A stretch of DNA of 64,000 bases from Auanema rhodensis. Taxonomy: Eukaryota > Animalia > Nematoda. The DNA lies in assembly GCA_964057225.1 (NCBI GenBank), contig CAXKVF010000077.1, positions 496,001 to 560,000 of the forward strand, written 5' to 3'. Below, piece by piece: positions 26,601-40,800 of this stretch; positions within the stretch are counted from its first letter, which is position 1, and every line of letters starts with the position of its first letter. The translations under genes were made by a program, and so were the position numbers. Under the pieces are notes generated by a model. That model ran no database searches. It saw only the letters and a program-made list of their open reading frames with translations, and was not told the DNA's origin.

Positions 26601-29600
26601 TTTATCTTTCACGTGAAGCGAGTTACATACCAAGTGCACATCACGTGTACATTTAATTAGCATAAATTAAAGTTCACGTAAATTTCAAAGTCATGGTTAC
26701 CATGCACCAATATCAATAAAAATTTGTTTTTATACTAATATGGACATGGGGAATCTAATTTTGAAAACCGCATCTCTTTATCTTTCACGTGAAGCGAGTT
26801 ACATACCAAGTGCACATCACGTGTACATTTAATTAGCATAAATTAAAGTTCACGTAAATTTCAAAGTCATGGTTACCATGAACCAATATCAATAAAAATT
26901 TGTTTTTAGACTAATATGGACATGGGGAATCTAATTTTGAAAACCGCATCTCTTCATCTTTCACGTGAAGCGAGTTACATACCAAGTGCACATCACGTGT
27001 ACATTTAATTAGCATAAATTAAAGTTCACGTAAATTTCAAAGTCATGGTTACCATGAACTAATATCAATAAAAATTTGTTTTTAGACTAATATGGACATG
27101 GGGAATCTAATTTTGAAAACCGCATCTCTTTATCTTTCACGTGAAGCGAGTTACATACCAAGTGCACATCACGTGTACATTTAATTAGCATAAATTAAAG
27201 TTCACGTAAATTTCAAAGTCATGGTTACCATGAACCAATATCAATAAAAATTTGTTTTTAGACTAATATGGACATGGGGAATCTAATTTTGAAAACCGCA
27301 TCTCTTTATCTTTCACGTGAAGCGAGTTACATACCAAGTGCACATCACGTGTACATTTAATTAGCATAAATTAAAGTTCACGTAAATTTCAAAGTCATGG
27401 TTACCATGCACCAATATCAATAAAAATTTGTTTTTAGACTAATATGGACATGGGGAATCTAATTTTGAAAACCGCATCTCTTTATCTTTCACGTGAAGCG
27501 AGTTACATACCAAGTGCACATCACGTGTACATTTAATTAGCATAAATTAAAGTTCACGTAAATTTCAAAGTCATGGTTACCATGCACCAATATCAATAAA
27601 AATTTGTTTTTAGACTAATATGGACATGGGGAATCTAATTTTGAAAACCGCATCTCTTTATCTTTCACGTGAAGCGAGTTACATACCAAGTGCACATCAC
27701 GTGTACATTTAATTAGCATAAATTAAAGTTCACGTAAATTTCAAAGTCATGGTTACCATTAACCAATATCAATAAAAAATTGTTTTTAGACTAATATGGA
27801 CATGGGGAATCTAATTTTGAAAACCGCATCTCTTCATCTTTCACGTGAAGCGAGTTACATACCAAGTGCACATCACGTGTACATTTAATTAGCATAAATT
27901 AAAGTTCACGTAAATTTCAAAGTCATGGTTACCATGCACCAATATCAATAAAAATTTGTTTTTAGACTAATATGGACATGGGGAATCTAATTTTGAAAAC
28001 CGCATCTCTTTTTCTTTCACGTGAAGCGAGTTACATACCAAGTGCACATCACGTGTACATTTAATTAGAATAAATTAAAGTTCACGTAAATTTCAAAGTC
28101 ATGGTTACCATGCACCAATATCAATAAAAATTTGTTTTTAGACTAATATGGACATGGGGAATCTAATTTTGAAAACCGCATCTCTTTATCTTTCACGTGA
28201 AGCGAGTTACATACCAAGTGCACATCACGTGTACAATTAATTAGCATAAATTAAAGTTCACGTAAATTTCAAAGTCATGGTTACCATGAAGCAATATCAA
28301 TAAAAATTTGTTTCTAGACTAAGATGGACATGGGGAATCTAATTTTGAAAACCGCATCTCTTTATCTTTCACGTGAAGCGAGTTACATACCAAGTGCACA
28401 TCACGTGTACATTTAATTAGCATAAATTAAAGTTCACGTAAATTTCAAAGTCATGGTTACCATGAAGCAATATCAATAAAAATTTGTTTTTAGACTAATA
28501 TGGACATGGGGAATCTAATTTTGAAAACCAAATCTCTTTATCTCTCACGTGAAGCGAGTTACATACCAAGTGCACATCACGTGTACATTTAATTAGCATA
28601 AATTAAAGTTCACGTAAATTTCAAAGTCATGGTTACCATGAACCAATATCAATAAAAATTTGTTTTTAGACTAATATGGACATGGGGAATCTAATTTTGA
28701 AAACCGCATCTCTTTATCTTTCACGTGAAGCGAGTTACATACCAAGTGCACATCACGTGTACATTTAATTAGCATAAATTAAAGTTCACGTAAATTTCAA
28801 AGTCATGGTTACCATGCACCAATATCAATAAAAATTTGTTTTTAGACTAATATGGACATGGGGAATCTAATTTTGAAAACCGCATCTCTTTTTCTTTCAC
28901 GTGAAGCGAGTTACATACCAAGTGCACATCACGTGTACATTTAATTAGAATAAATTAAAGTTCACGTAAATTTCAAAGTCATGGTTACCATGAAGCAATA
29001 TCAATAAAAATTTGTTTCTAGACTAAGATGGACATGGGGAATCTAATTTTGAAAACCGCATCTCTTTATCTTTCACGTGAAGCGAGTTACATACCAAGTG
29101 CACATCACGTGTACATTTAATTAGCATAAATTAAAGTTCACGTAAATTTCAAAGTCATGGTTACCATGAAGCAATATCAATAAAAATTTGTTTTTAGACT
29201 AATATGGACATGGGGAATCTAATTTTGAAAACCAAATCTCTTTATCTCTCACGTGAAGCGAGTTACATACCAAGTGCACATCACGTGTACATTTAATTAG
29301 CATAAATTAAAGTTCACGTAAATTTCAAAGTCATGGTTACCATGAACCAATATCAATAAAAATTTGTTTTTAGACTAATATGGACATGGGGAATCTAATT
29401 TTGAAAACCGCATCTCTTTATCTTTCACGTGAAGCGAGTTACATACCAAGTGCACATCACGTGTACATTTAATTAGCATAAATTAAAGTTCACGTAAATT
29501 TCAAAGTCATGGTTACCATGAACTAATATCAATAAAAATTTGTTTTTAGACTAATATGGACATGGGGAATCTAATTTTGAAAACCGCATCTCTTTATCTT

Positions 29601-31856
29601 TCACGTGAAGCGAGTTACATACCAAGTGCACATCACGTGTACATTTAATTAGCATAAATTAAAGTTCACGTAAATTTCAAAGTCATGGTTACCATGAACC
29701 AATATCAATAAAAATTTGTTTTCAGACTAATATGGACATGGGGAATCTAATTTTGAAAACCGCATCTCTTTATCTTTCACGTGAAGCGAGTTACATACCA
29801 AGTGCACATCACGTGTACATTTAATTAGAATAAATTAAAGTTCACGTAAATTTCAAAGTCATGGTTACCATGCACCAATATCAATAAAAATTTGTTTTTA
29901 GACTAATATGGACATGGGGAATCTAATTTTGAAAACCGCATCTCTTTATCTTTCACGTGAAGCGAGTTACATACCAAGTGCACATCACGTGTACATTTAA
30001 TTAGCATAAATTAAAGTTCACGTAAATTTCAAAGTCATGGTTACCATGCACCAATATCAATAAAAATTTGTTTTTAGACTAATATGGACATGGGGAATCT
30101 AATTTTGAAAACCGCATCTCTTTATCTTTCACGTGAAGCGAGTTACATACCAAGTGCACATCACGTGTACATTTAATTAGCATAAATTAAAGTTCACGTA
30201 AATTTCAAAGTCATGGTTACCATGAAGCAATATCAATAAAAATTTGTTTTTAGACTAATATGGACATGGGGAATCTAATTTTGAAAACCAAATCTCTTTA
30301 TCTCTCACGTGAAGCGAGTTACATACCAAGTGCACATCACGTGTACATTTAATTAGCATAAATTAAAGTTCACGTAAATTTCAAAGTCATGGTTACCATG
30401 AACCAATATCAATAAAAATTTGTTTTTAGACTAATATGGACATGGGGAATCTAATTTTGAAAACCGCATCTCTTTATCTTTCACGTGAAGCGAGTTACAT
30501 ACCAAGTGCACATCACGTGTACATTTAATTAGCATAAATTAAAGTTCACGTAAATTTCAAAGTCATGGTTACCATGAACTAATATCAATAAAAATTTGTT
30601 TTTAGACTAATATGGACATGGGGAATCTAATTTTGAAAACCGCATCTCTTTATCTTTCACGTGAAGCGAGTTACATACCAAGTGCACATCACGTGTACAT
30701 TTAATTAGCATAAATTAAAGTTCACGTAAATTTCAAAGTCATGGTTACCATGAACCAATATCAATAAAAATTTGTTTTCAGACTAATATGGACATGGGGA
30801 ATCTAATTTTGAAAACCGCATCTCTTTATCTTTCACGTGAAGCGAGTTACATACCAAGTGCACATCACGTGTACATTTAATTAGCATAAATTAAAGTTCA
30901 CGTAAATTTCAAAGTCATGGTTACCATGAACCAATATCAATAAAAATTTGTTTTTAGACTAATATGGACATGGGGAATCTAATTTTGAAAACCGCATCTC
31001 TTTATCTTTCACGTGAAGCGAGTTACATACCAAGTGCACATCACGTGTACATTTAATTAGCATAAATTAAAGTTCACGTAAATTTCAAAGTCATGGTTAC
31101 CATGCACCAATATCAATAAAAATTTGTTTTTAGACTAATATGGACATGGGGAATCTAATTTTGAAAACCGCATCTCTTTATCTTTCACGTGAAGCGAGTT
31201 ACATACCAAGTGCACATCACGTGTACATTTAATTAGCATAAATTAAAGTTCACGTAAATTTCAAAGTCATGGTTACCATGAACCAATATCAATAAAAATT
31301 TGTTTTTAGACTAATATGGACATGGGGAATCTAATTTTGAAAACCGCATCTCTTTATCTTTCACGTGAAGCGAGTTACATACCAAGTGCACATCACGTGT
31401 ACATTTAATTAGCATAAATTAAAGTTCACGTAAATTTCAAAGTCATGGTTACCATGCACCAATATCAATAAAAATTTGTTTTTATACTAATATGGACATG
31501 GGGAATCTAATTTTGAAAACCGCATCTCTTTATCTTTCACGTGAAGCGAGTTACATACCAAGTGCACATCACGTGTACATTTAATTAGCATAAATTAAAG
31601 TTCACGTAAATTTCAAAGTCATGGTTACCATGAACCAATATCAATAAAAATTTGTTTTTAGACTAATATGGACATGGGGAATCTAATTTTGAAAACCGCA
31701 TCTCTTCATCTTTCACGTGAAGCGAGTTACATACCAAGTGCACATCACGTGTACATTTAATTAGCATAAATTAAAGTTCACGTAAATTTCAAAGTCATGG
31801 TTACCATGCACCAATATCAATAAAAATTTGTTTTTAGACTAATATGGACATGGGGA
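17249..31856. repeat. Higher-order repeat: 27-28-monomer (~4.75-4.93 kb) unit, 3 tandem copies
   Basis: G128T+T147A occurs at 18080, 23008 and 27760 (spacing 4928, 4752). G157T occurs at 21981, 26733 and 31485 (spacing 4752, 4752). The G18A+C19A+T32C haplotype is seen only here. Confidence 0.9.
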
Positions 31857-34800
31857 ATCTAATTTTGAAAACCGCATCTCTTTTTCTTTCACGTGAAGCG
31901 AGTTACATACCAAGTGCACATCACGTGTACATTTAATTAGCATAAATTAAAGTTCACGTAAATTTCAAAGTCATGGTTACCATGCACCAATATCAATAAA
32001 AATTTGTTTTTAGACTAATATGGACATGGGGAATCTAATTTTGAAAACCGCATCTCTTTATCTTTCACGTGAAGCGAGTTACATACCAAGTGCACATCAC
32101 GTGTACAATTAATTAGCATAAATTAAAGTTCACGTAAATTTCAAAGTCATGGTTACCATGAACCAATATCAATAAAAATTTGTTTTTAGACTAATATGGA
32201 CATGGGGAATCTAATTTTGAAAACCGCATCTCTTTATCTTTCACGTGAAGCGAGTTACATACCAAGTGCACATCACGTGTACATTTAATTAGCATAAATT
32301 AAAGTTCACGTAAATTTCAAAGTCATGGTTACCATGAACCAATATCAATAAAAATTTGTTTTTAGACTAATATGGACATGGGGAATCTATTTTTGAAAAC
32401 CGCATCTCTTTATCTTTCACGTGAAGCGAGTTACATACCAAGTGCACATCACGTGTACATTTAATTAGCATAAATTAAAGTTCACGTAAATTTCAAAGTC
32501 ATGGTTACCATGAACCAATATCAATAAAAATTTGTTTTTAGACTAATATGGACATGGGGAATCTAATTTTGAAAACCGCATCTCTTTATCTTTCACGTGA
32601 AGCGAGTTACATACCAAGTGCACATCACGTGTACATTTAATTAGCATAAATTAAAGTTCACGTAAATTTCAAAGTCATGGTTACCATGCACCAATATCAA
32701 TAAAAATTTGTTTTTAGACTAATATGGACATGGGGAATCTAATTTTGAAAACCGCATCTCTTTATCTTTCACGTGAAGCGAGTTACATACCAAGTGCACA
32801 TCACGTGTACATTTAATTAGCATAAATTAAAGTTCACGTAAATTTCAAAGTCATGGTTACCATGAACCAATATCAATAAAAATTTGTTTTTAGACTAATA
32901 TGGACATGGGGAATCTAATTTTGAAAACCGCATCTCTTTATCTTTCACGTGAAGCGAGTTACATACCAAGTGCACATCACGTGTACATTTAATTATCATA
33001 AATTAAAGTTCACGTAAATTTCAAAGTCATGGTTACCATGAACCAATATCAAAAAAAATTTGTTTTTAGACTAATATGGACATGGGGAATCTAATTTTGA
33101 AAACCGCATCTCTTTATCTTTCACGTGAAGCGAGTTACATACCAAGTGCACATCACGTGTACATTTAATTAGCATAAATTAAAGTTCACGTAAATTTCAA
33201 AGTCATGGTTACCATGAACCAATATCAATAAAAATTTGTTTTTAGACTAATATGGACATGGGGAATCTAATTTTGAAAACCGCATCTCTTCATCTTTCAC
33301 GTGAAGCGAGTTACATACCAAGTGCACATCACGTGTACAATTAATTAGCATAAATTAAAGTTCACGTAAATTTCAAAGTCATGGTTACCATGAAGCAATA
33401 TCAATAAAAATTTGTTTCTAGACTAAGATGGACATGGGGAATCTAATTTTGAAAACCGCAGCTCTTTATCTTTCACGTGAAGCGAGTTACATACCAAGTG
33501 CACATCACGTGTACATTTAATTAGCATAAATTAAAGTTCACGTAAATTTCAAAGTCATGGTTACCATGAAGCAATATCAATAAAAATTTGTTTTTAGACT
33601 AATATGGACATGGGGAATCTAATTTTGAAAACCACATCTCTTTATCTTTCACGTGAAGCGAGTTACATACCAAGTGCACATCACGTGTACATTTAATTAG
33701 CATAAATTAAAGTTCACGTAAATTTCAAAGTCATGGTTACCATGAACCAATATCAATAAAAATGTGTTTTTAGACTAATATGGACATGGGGAATCTAATT
33801 TTGAAAACCGCATCTCTTTATCTTTCACGTGAAGCGAGTTACATACCAAGTGCACATCACGTGTACATTTAATTAGCATAAATTAAAGTTCACGTAAATT
33901 TCAAAGTCATGGTTACCATGAACTAATATCAATAAAAATTTGTTTTTAGACTAATATGGACATGGGGAATCTAATTTTGAAAACCGCATCTCTTTATCTT
34001 TCACGTGAAGCGAGTTACATACCAAGTGCACATCACGAGTACATTTAATTAGCATAAATTAAAGTTCACGTAAATTTCAAAGTCATGGTTACCATGAACC
34101 AATATCAATAAAAATTTGTTTTTAGACTAATATGGACATGGGGAATCTAATTTTGAAAACCGCATCTCTTTATCTTTCACGTGAAGCGAGTTACATACCA
34201 AGTGCACATCACGTGTACATTTAATTAGCATAAATTAAAGTTCACGTAAATTTCAAAGTCATGGTTACCATGAACCAATATCAATAAAAATTTGTTTTTA
34301 GACTAATATGGACATGGGGAATCTATTTTTGAAAACCGCATCTCTTTATCTTTCACGTGAAGCGAGTTACATACCAAGTGCACATCACGTGTACATTTAA
34401 TTAGCATAAATTAAAGTTCACGTAAATTTCAAAGTCATGGTTACCATGAACCAATATCAATAAAAATTTGTTTTTAGACTAATATGGACATGGGGAATCT
34501 AATTTTGAAAACCGCATCTCTTTATCTTTCACGTGAAGCGAGTTACATACCAAGTGCACATCACGTGTACATTTAATTAGCATAAATTAAAGTTCACGTA
34601 AATTTCAAAGTCATGGTTACCATGCACCAATATCAATAAAAATTTGTTTTTAGACTAATATGGACATGGGGAATCTAATTTTGAAAACCGCATCTCTTTA
34701 TCTTTCACGTGAAGCGAGTTACATACCAAGTGCACATCACGTGTACATTTAATTAGCATAAATTAAAGTTCACGTAAATTTCAAAGTCATGGTTACCATG

Positions 34801-37800
34801 AACCAATATCAATAAAAATTTGTTTTCAGACTAAGATGGACATGGGGAATCTAATTTTGAAAACCGCATCTCTTTATCTTTCACGTGAAGCGAGTTACAT
34901 ACCAAGTGCACATCACGTGTACATTTAATTAGCATAAATTAAAGTTCACGTAAATTTCAAAGTCATGGTTACCATGAAGCAATATCAATAAAAATTTGTT
35001 TTTAGACTAATATGGACATGGGGAATCTAATTTTGAAAACCGCATCTCTTTATCTTTCACGTGAAGCGAGTTACATACCAAGTGCACATCACGTGTACAT
35101 TTAATTAGCATAAATTAAAGTTCACGTAAATTTCAAAGTCATGGTTACCATGAACTAATATCAATAAAAATTTGTTTTTAGACTAATATGGACATGGGGA
35201 ATCTAATTTTGAAAACCGCATCTCTTTATCTTTCACGTGAAGCGAGTTACATACCAAGTGCACATCACGTGTACATTTAATTAGCATAAATTAAAGTTCA
35301 CGTAAATTTCAAAGTCATGGTTACCATGCACCAATATCAATAAAAATTTGTTTTTAGACTAATATGGACATGGGGAATCTAATTTTGAAAACCGCATCTC
35401 TTTATCTTTCACGTGAAGCGAGTTACATACCAAGTGCACATCACGTGTACATTTAATTAGCATAAATTAAAGTTCACGTAAATTTCAAAGTCATGGTTAC
35501 CATGAACCAATATCAATAAAAATTTGTTTTTAGACTAAGATGGACATGGGGAATCTAATTTTGAAAACCGCATCTCTTTATCTTTCACGTGAAGCGAGTT
35601 ACATACCAAGTGCACATCACGTGTACATTTAATTAGCATAAATTAAAGTTCACGTAAATTTCAAAGTCATGGTTACCATGAAGCAATATCAATAAAAATT
35701 TGTTTTTAGACTAATATGGACATGGGGAATCTAATTTTGAAAACCGCATCTCTTTATCTTTCACGTGAAGCGAGTTACATACCAAGTGCACATCACGTGT
35801 ACATTTAATTAGCATAAATTAAAGTTCACGTAAATTTCAAAGTCATGGTTACCATGAACTAATATCAATAAAAATTTGTTTTTAGACTAATATGGACATG
35901 GGGAATCTAATTTTGAAAACCGCATCTCTTTATCTTTCACGTGAAGCGAGTTACATACCAAGTGCACATCACGTGTACATTTAATTAGCATAAATTAAAG
36001 TTCACGTAAATTTCAAAGTCATGGTTACCATGAACCAATATCAATAAAAATTTGTTTTTAGACTAATATGGACATGGGGAATCTAATTTTGAAAACCGCA
36101 TCTCTTTATCTTTCACGTGAAGCGAGTTACATACCAAGTGCACATCACGTGTACATTTAATTAGCATAAATTAAAGTTCACGTAAATTTCAAAGTCATGG
36201 TTACCATGAACCAATATCAAAAAAAATTTGTTTTTAGACTAATATGGACATGGGGAATCTATTTTTGAAAACCGCATCTCTTTATCTTTCACGTGAAGCG
36301 AGTTACATACCAAGTGCACATCACGTGTACATTTAATTAGCATAAATTAAAGTTCACGTAAATTTCAAAGTCATGGTTACCATGAACCAATATCAATAAA
36401 AATTTGTTTTTAGACTAATATGGACATGGGGAATCTAATTTTGAAAACCGCATCTCTTTATCTTTCACGTGAAGCGAGTTACATACCAAGTGCACATCAC
36501 GTGTACATTTAATTAGCATAAATTAAAGTTCACGTAAATTTCAAAGTCATGGTTACCATGCACCAATATCAATAAAAATTTGTTTTTAGACTAATATGGA
36601 CATGGGGAATCTAATTTTGAAAACCGTATCTCTTTATATTTCACGTGAAGCGAGTTACATACCAAGTGCACATCACGTGTACATTTAATTAGCATAAATT
36701 AAAGTTCACGTAAATTTCAAAGTCATGGTTACCATGAACCAATATCAATAAAAATTTGTTTTTAGACTAATATGGACATGAGGAATCTAATTTTGAAAAC
36801 CGCATCTCTTCATCTTTCACGTGAAGCGAGTTACATACCAAGTGCACATCACGTGTACATTTAATTAGCATAAATTAAAGTTCACGTAAATTTCAAAGTC
36901 ATGGTTACCATGAACCAATATCAATAAAAATTTGTTTTTAGACTAATATGGACATGGGGAATCTAATTTTGAAAACCGCATCTCTTTATCTTTCACGTGA
37001 AGCGAGTTACATACCAAGTGCACATCACGTGTACATTTAATTAGCATAAATTAAAGTTCACGTAAATTTCAAAGTCATGGTTACCATGAACCAATATCAA
37101 TAAAAATTTGTTTTTAGACTAATATGGACATGGGGAATCTAATTTTGAAAACCGCATCTCTTTATCTTTCACGTGAAGCGAGTTACATACCAAGTGCACA
37201 TCACGTGTACATTTAATTAGCATAAATTAAAGTTCACGTAAATTTCAAAGTCATGGTTACCATGAACCAATATCAATAAAAATTTGTTTTTAGACTAATA
37301 TGGACATGGGGAATCTAATTTTGAAAACCGCATCTCTTTATCTTTCACGTGAAGCGAGTTACATACCAAGTGCACATCACGTGTACATTTAATTAGCATA
37401 AATTAAAGTTCACGTAAATTTCAAAGTCATGGTTACCATGAACCAATATCAATAAAAATTTGTTTTTAGACTAATATGGACATGGGGAATCTAATTTTGA
37501 AAACCGCATCTCTTTATCTTTCACGTGAAGCGAGTTACATACCAAGTGCACATCACGTGTACATTTAATTAGCATAAATTAAAGTTCACGTAAATTTCAA
37601 AGTCATGGTTACCATGCACCAATATCAATAAAAATTTGTTTTTAGACTAATATGGACATGGGGAATCTAATTTTGAAAACCGCATCTCTTTATCTTTCAC
37701 GTGAAGCGAGTTACATACCAAGTGCACATCACGTGTACATTTAATTAGCATAAATTAAAGTTCACGTAAATTTCAAAGTCATGGTTACCATGAACCAATA

Positions 37801-40800
37801 TCAATAAAAATTTGTTTTTAGACTAATATGGACATGGGGAATCTAATTTTGAAAACCGCATCTCTTCATCTTTCACGTGAAGCGAGTTACATACCAAGTG
37901 CACATCACGTGTACATTTAATTAGCATAAATTAAAGTTCACGTAAATTTCAAAGTCATGGTTACCATGCACAAATATCAATAAAAATTTGTTTTTAGACT
38001 AATATGGACATGGGGAATCTAATTTTGAAAACCGCATCTCTTTATCTTTCACGTGAAGCGAGTTACATACCAAGTGCACATCACGTGTACATTTAATTAG
38101 CATAAATTAAAGTTCACGTAAATTTCAAAGTCATGGTTACCATGCACCAATATCAATAAAAATTTGTTTTTAGACTAATATGGACATGGGGAATCTAATT
38201 TTGAAAACCGCATCTCTTTATCTTTCACGTGGAGCGAGTTACATACCAAGTGCACATCACGTGTACATTTAATTAGCATAAATTAAAGTTCACGTAAATT
38301 TCAAAGTCATGGTTACCATGAAGCAATATCAATAAAAATTTGTTTTTAGACTAATATGGACATGGGGAATCTAATTTTGAAAACCGCATCTCTTTATCTT
38401 TCACGTGAAGCGAGTTACATACCAAGTGCACATCACGTGTACATTTAATTAGCATAAATTAAAGTTCACGTAAATTTCAAAGTCATGGTTACCATGCACC
38501 AATATCAATAAAAATTTGTTTTTAGACTAATATGGACATGGGGAATCTAATTTTGAAAACCGCATCTCTTTATCTTTCACGTGAAGCGAGTTACATACCA
38601 AGTGCACATCACGTGTACATTTAATTAGCATAAATTAAAGTTCACGTAAATTTCAAAGTCATGGTTACCATGAACCAATATCAATAAAAATTTGTTTTTA
38701 GACTAATATGGACATGGGGAATCTAATTTTGAAAACCGCATCTCTTCATCTTTCACGTGAAGCGAGTTACATACCAAGTGCACATCACGTGTACATTTAA
38801 TTAGCATAAATTAAAGTTCACGTAAATTTCAAAGTCATGGTTACCATGCACCAATATCAATAAAAATTTGTTTTTAGACTAATATGGACATGGGGAATCT
38901 AATTTTGAAAACCGCATCTCTTTTTCTTTCACGTGAAGCGAGTTACATACCAAGTGCACATCACGTGTACATTTAATTAGCATAAATTAAAGTTCACGTA
39001 AATTTCAAAGTCATGGTTACCATGCACCAATATCAATAAAAATTTGTTTTTAGACTAATATGGACATGGGGAATCTAATTTTGAAAACCGCATCTCTTTA
39101 TCTTTCACGTGAAGCGAGTTACATACCAAGTGCACATCACGTGTACATTTAATTAGCATAAATTAAAGTTCACGTAAATTTCAAAGTCATGGTTACCATG
39201 AACCAATATCAATAAAAATTTGTTTTTAGACTAATATGGACATGGGGAATCTAATTTTGAAAACCGCATCTCTTCATCTTTCACGTGAAGCGAGTTACAT
39301 ACCAAGTGCACATCACGTGTACATTTAATTAGCATAAATTAAAGTTCACGTAAATTTCAAAGTCATGGTTACCATGCACCAATATCAATAAAAATTTGTT
39401 TTTAGACTAATATGGACATGGGGAATCTAATTTTGAAAACCGCATCTCTTTTTCTTTCACGTGAAGCGAGTTACATACCAAGTGCACATCACGTGTACAT
39501 TTAATTAGCATAAATTAAAGTTCACGTAAATTTCAAAGTCATGGTTACCATGCACCAATATCAATAAAAATTTGTTTTTAGACTAATATGGACATGGGGA
39601 ATCTAATTTTGAAAACCGCATCTCTTTATCTTTCACGTGAAGCGAGTTACATACCAAGTGCACATCACGTGTACAATTAATTAGCATAAATTAAAGTTCA
39701 CGTAAATTTCAAAGTCATGGTTACCATGAAGCAATATCAATAAAAATTTGTTTCTAGACTAATATGGACATGGGGAATCTAATTTTGAAAACCGCATCTC
39801 TTTATCTTTCACGTGAAGCGAGTTACATACCAAGTGCACATCACGTGTACATTTAATTAGCATAAATTAAAGTTCACGTAAATTTCAAAGTCATGGTTAC
39901 CATGAAGCAATATCAATAAAAATTTGTTTTTAGACTAATATGGACATGGGGAATCTAATTTTGAAAACCACATCTCTTTATCTTTCACGTGAAGCGAGTT
40001 ACATACCAAGTGCACATCACGTGTACATTTAATTAGCATAAATTAAAGTTCACGTAAATTTCAAAGTCATGGTTACCATGCACCAATATCAATAAAAATT
40101 TGTTTTTAGACTAATATGGACATGGGGAATCTAATTTTGAAAACCGCATCTCTTTATCTTTCACGTGAAGCGAGTTACATACCAAGTGCACATCACGTGT
40201 ACATTTAATTAGCATAAATTAAAGTTCACGTAAATTTCAAAGTCATGGTTACCATGCACCAATATCAATAAAAATTTGTTTTTAGACTAATATGGACATG
40301 GGGAATCTAATTTTGAAAACCGCATCTCTTTATCTTTCACGTGAAGCGAGTTACATACCAAGTGCACATCACGTGTACATTTAATTAGCATAAATTAAAG
40401 TTCACGTAAATTTCAAAGTCATGGTTACCATTAACCAATATCAATAAAAAATTGTTTTTAGACTAATATGGACATGGGGAATCTAATTTTGAAAACCGCA
40501 TCTCTTCATCTTTCACGTGAAGCGAGTTACATACCAAGTGCACATCACGTGTACATTTAATTAGCATAAATTAAAGTTCACGTAAATTTCAAAGTCATGG
40601 TTACCATGCACCAATATCAATAAAAATTTGTTTTTAGACTAATATGGACATGGGGAATCTAATTTTGAAAACCGCATCTCTTTTTCTTTCACGTGAAGCG
40701 AGTTACATACCAAGTGCACATCACGTGTACATTTAATTAGAATAAATTAAAGTTCACGTAAATTTCAAAGTCATGGTTACCATGAACCAATATCAATAAA

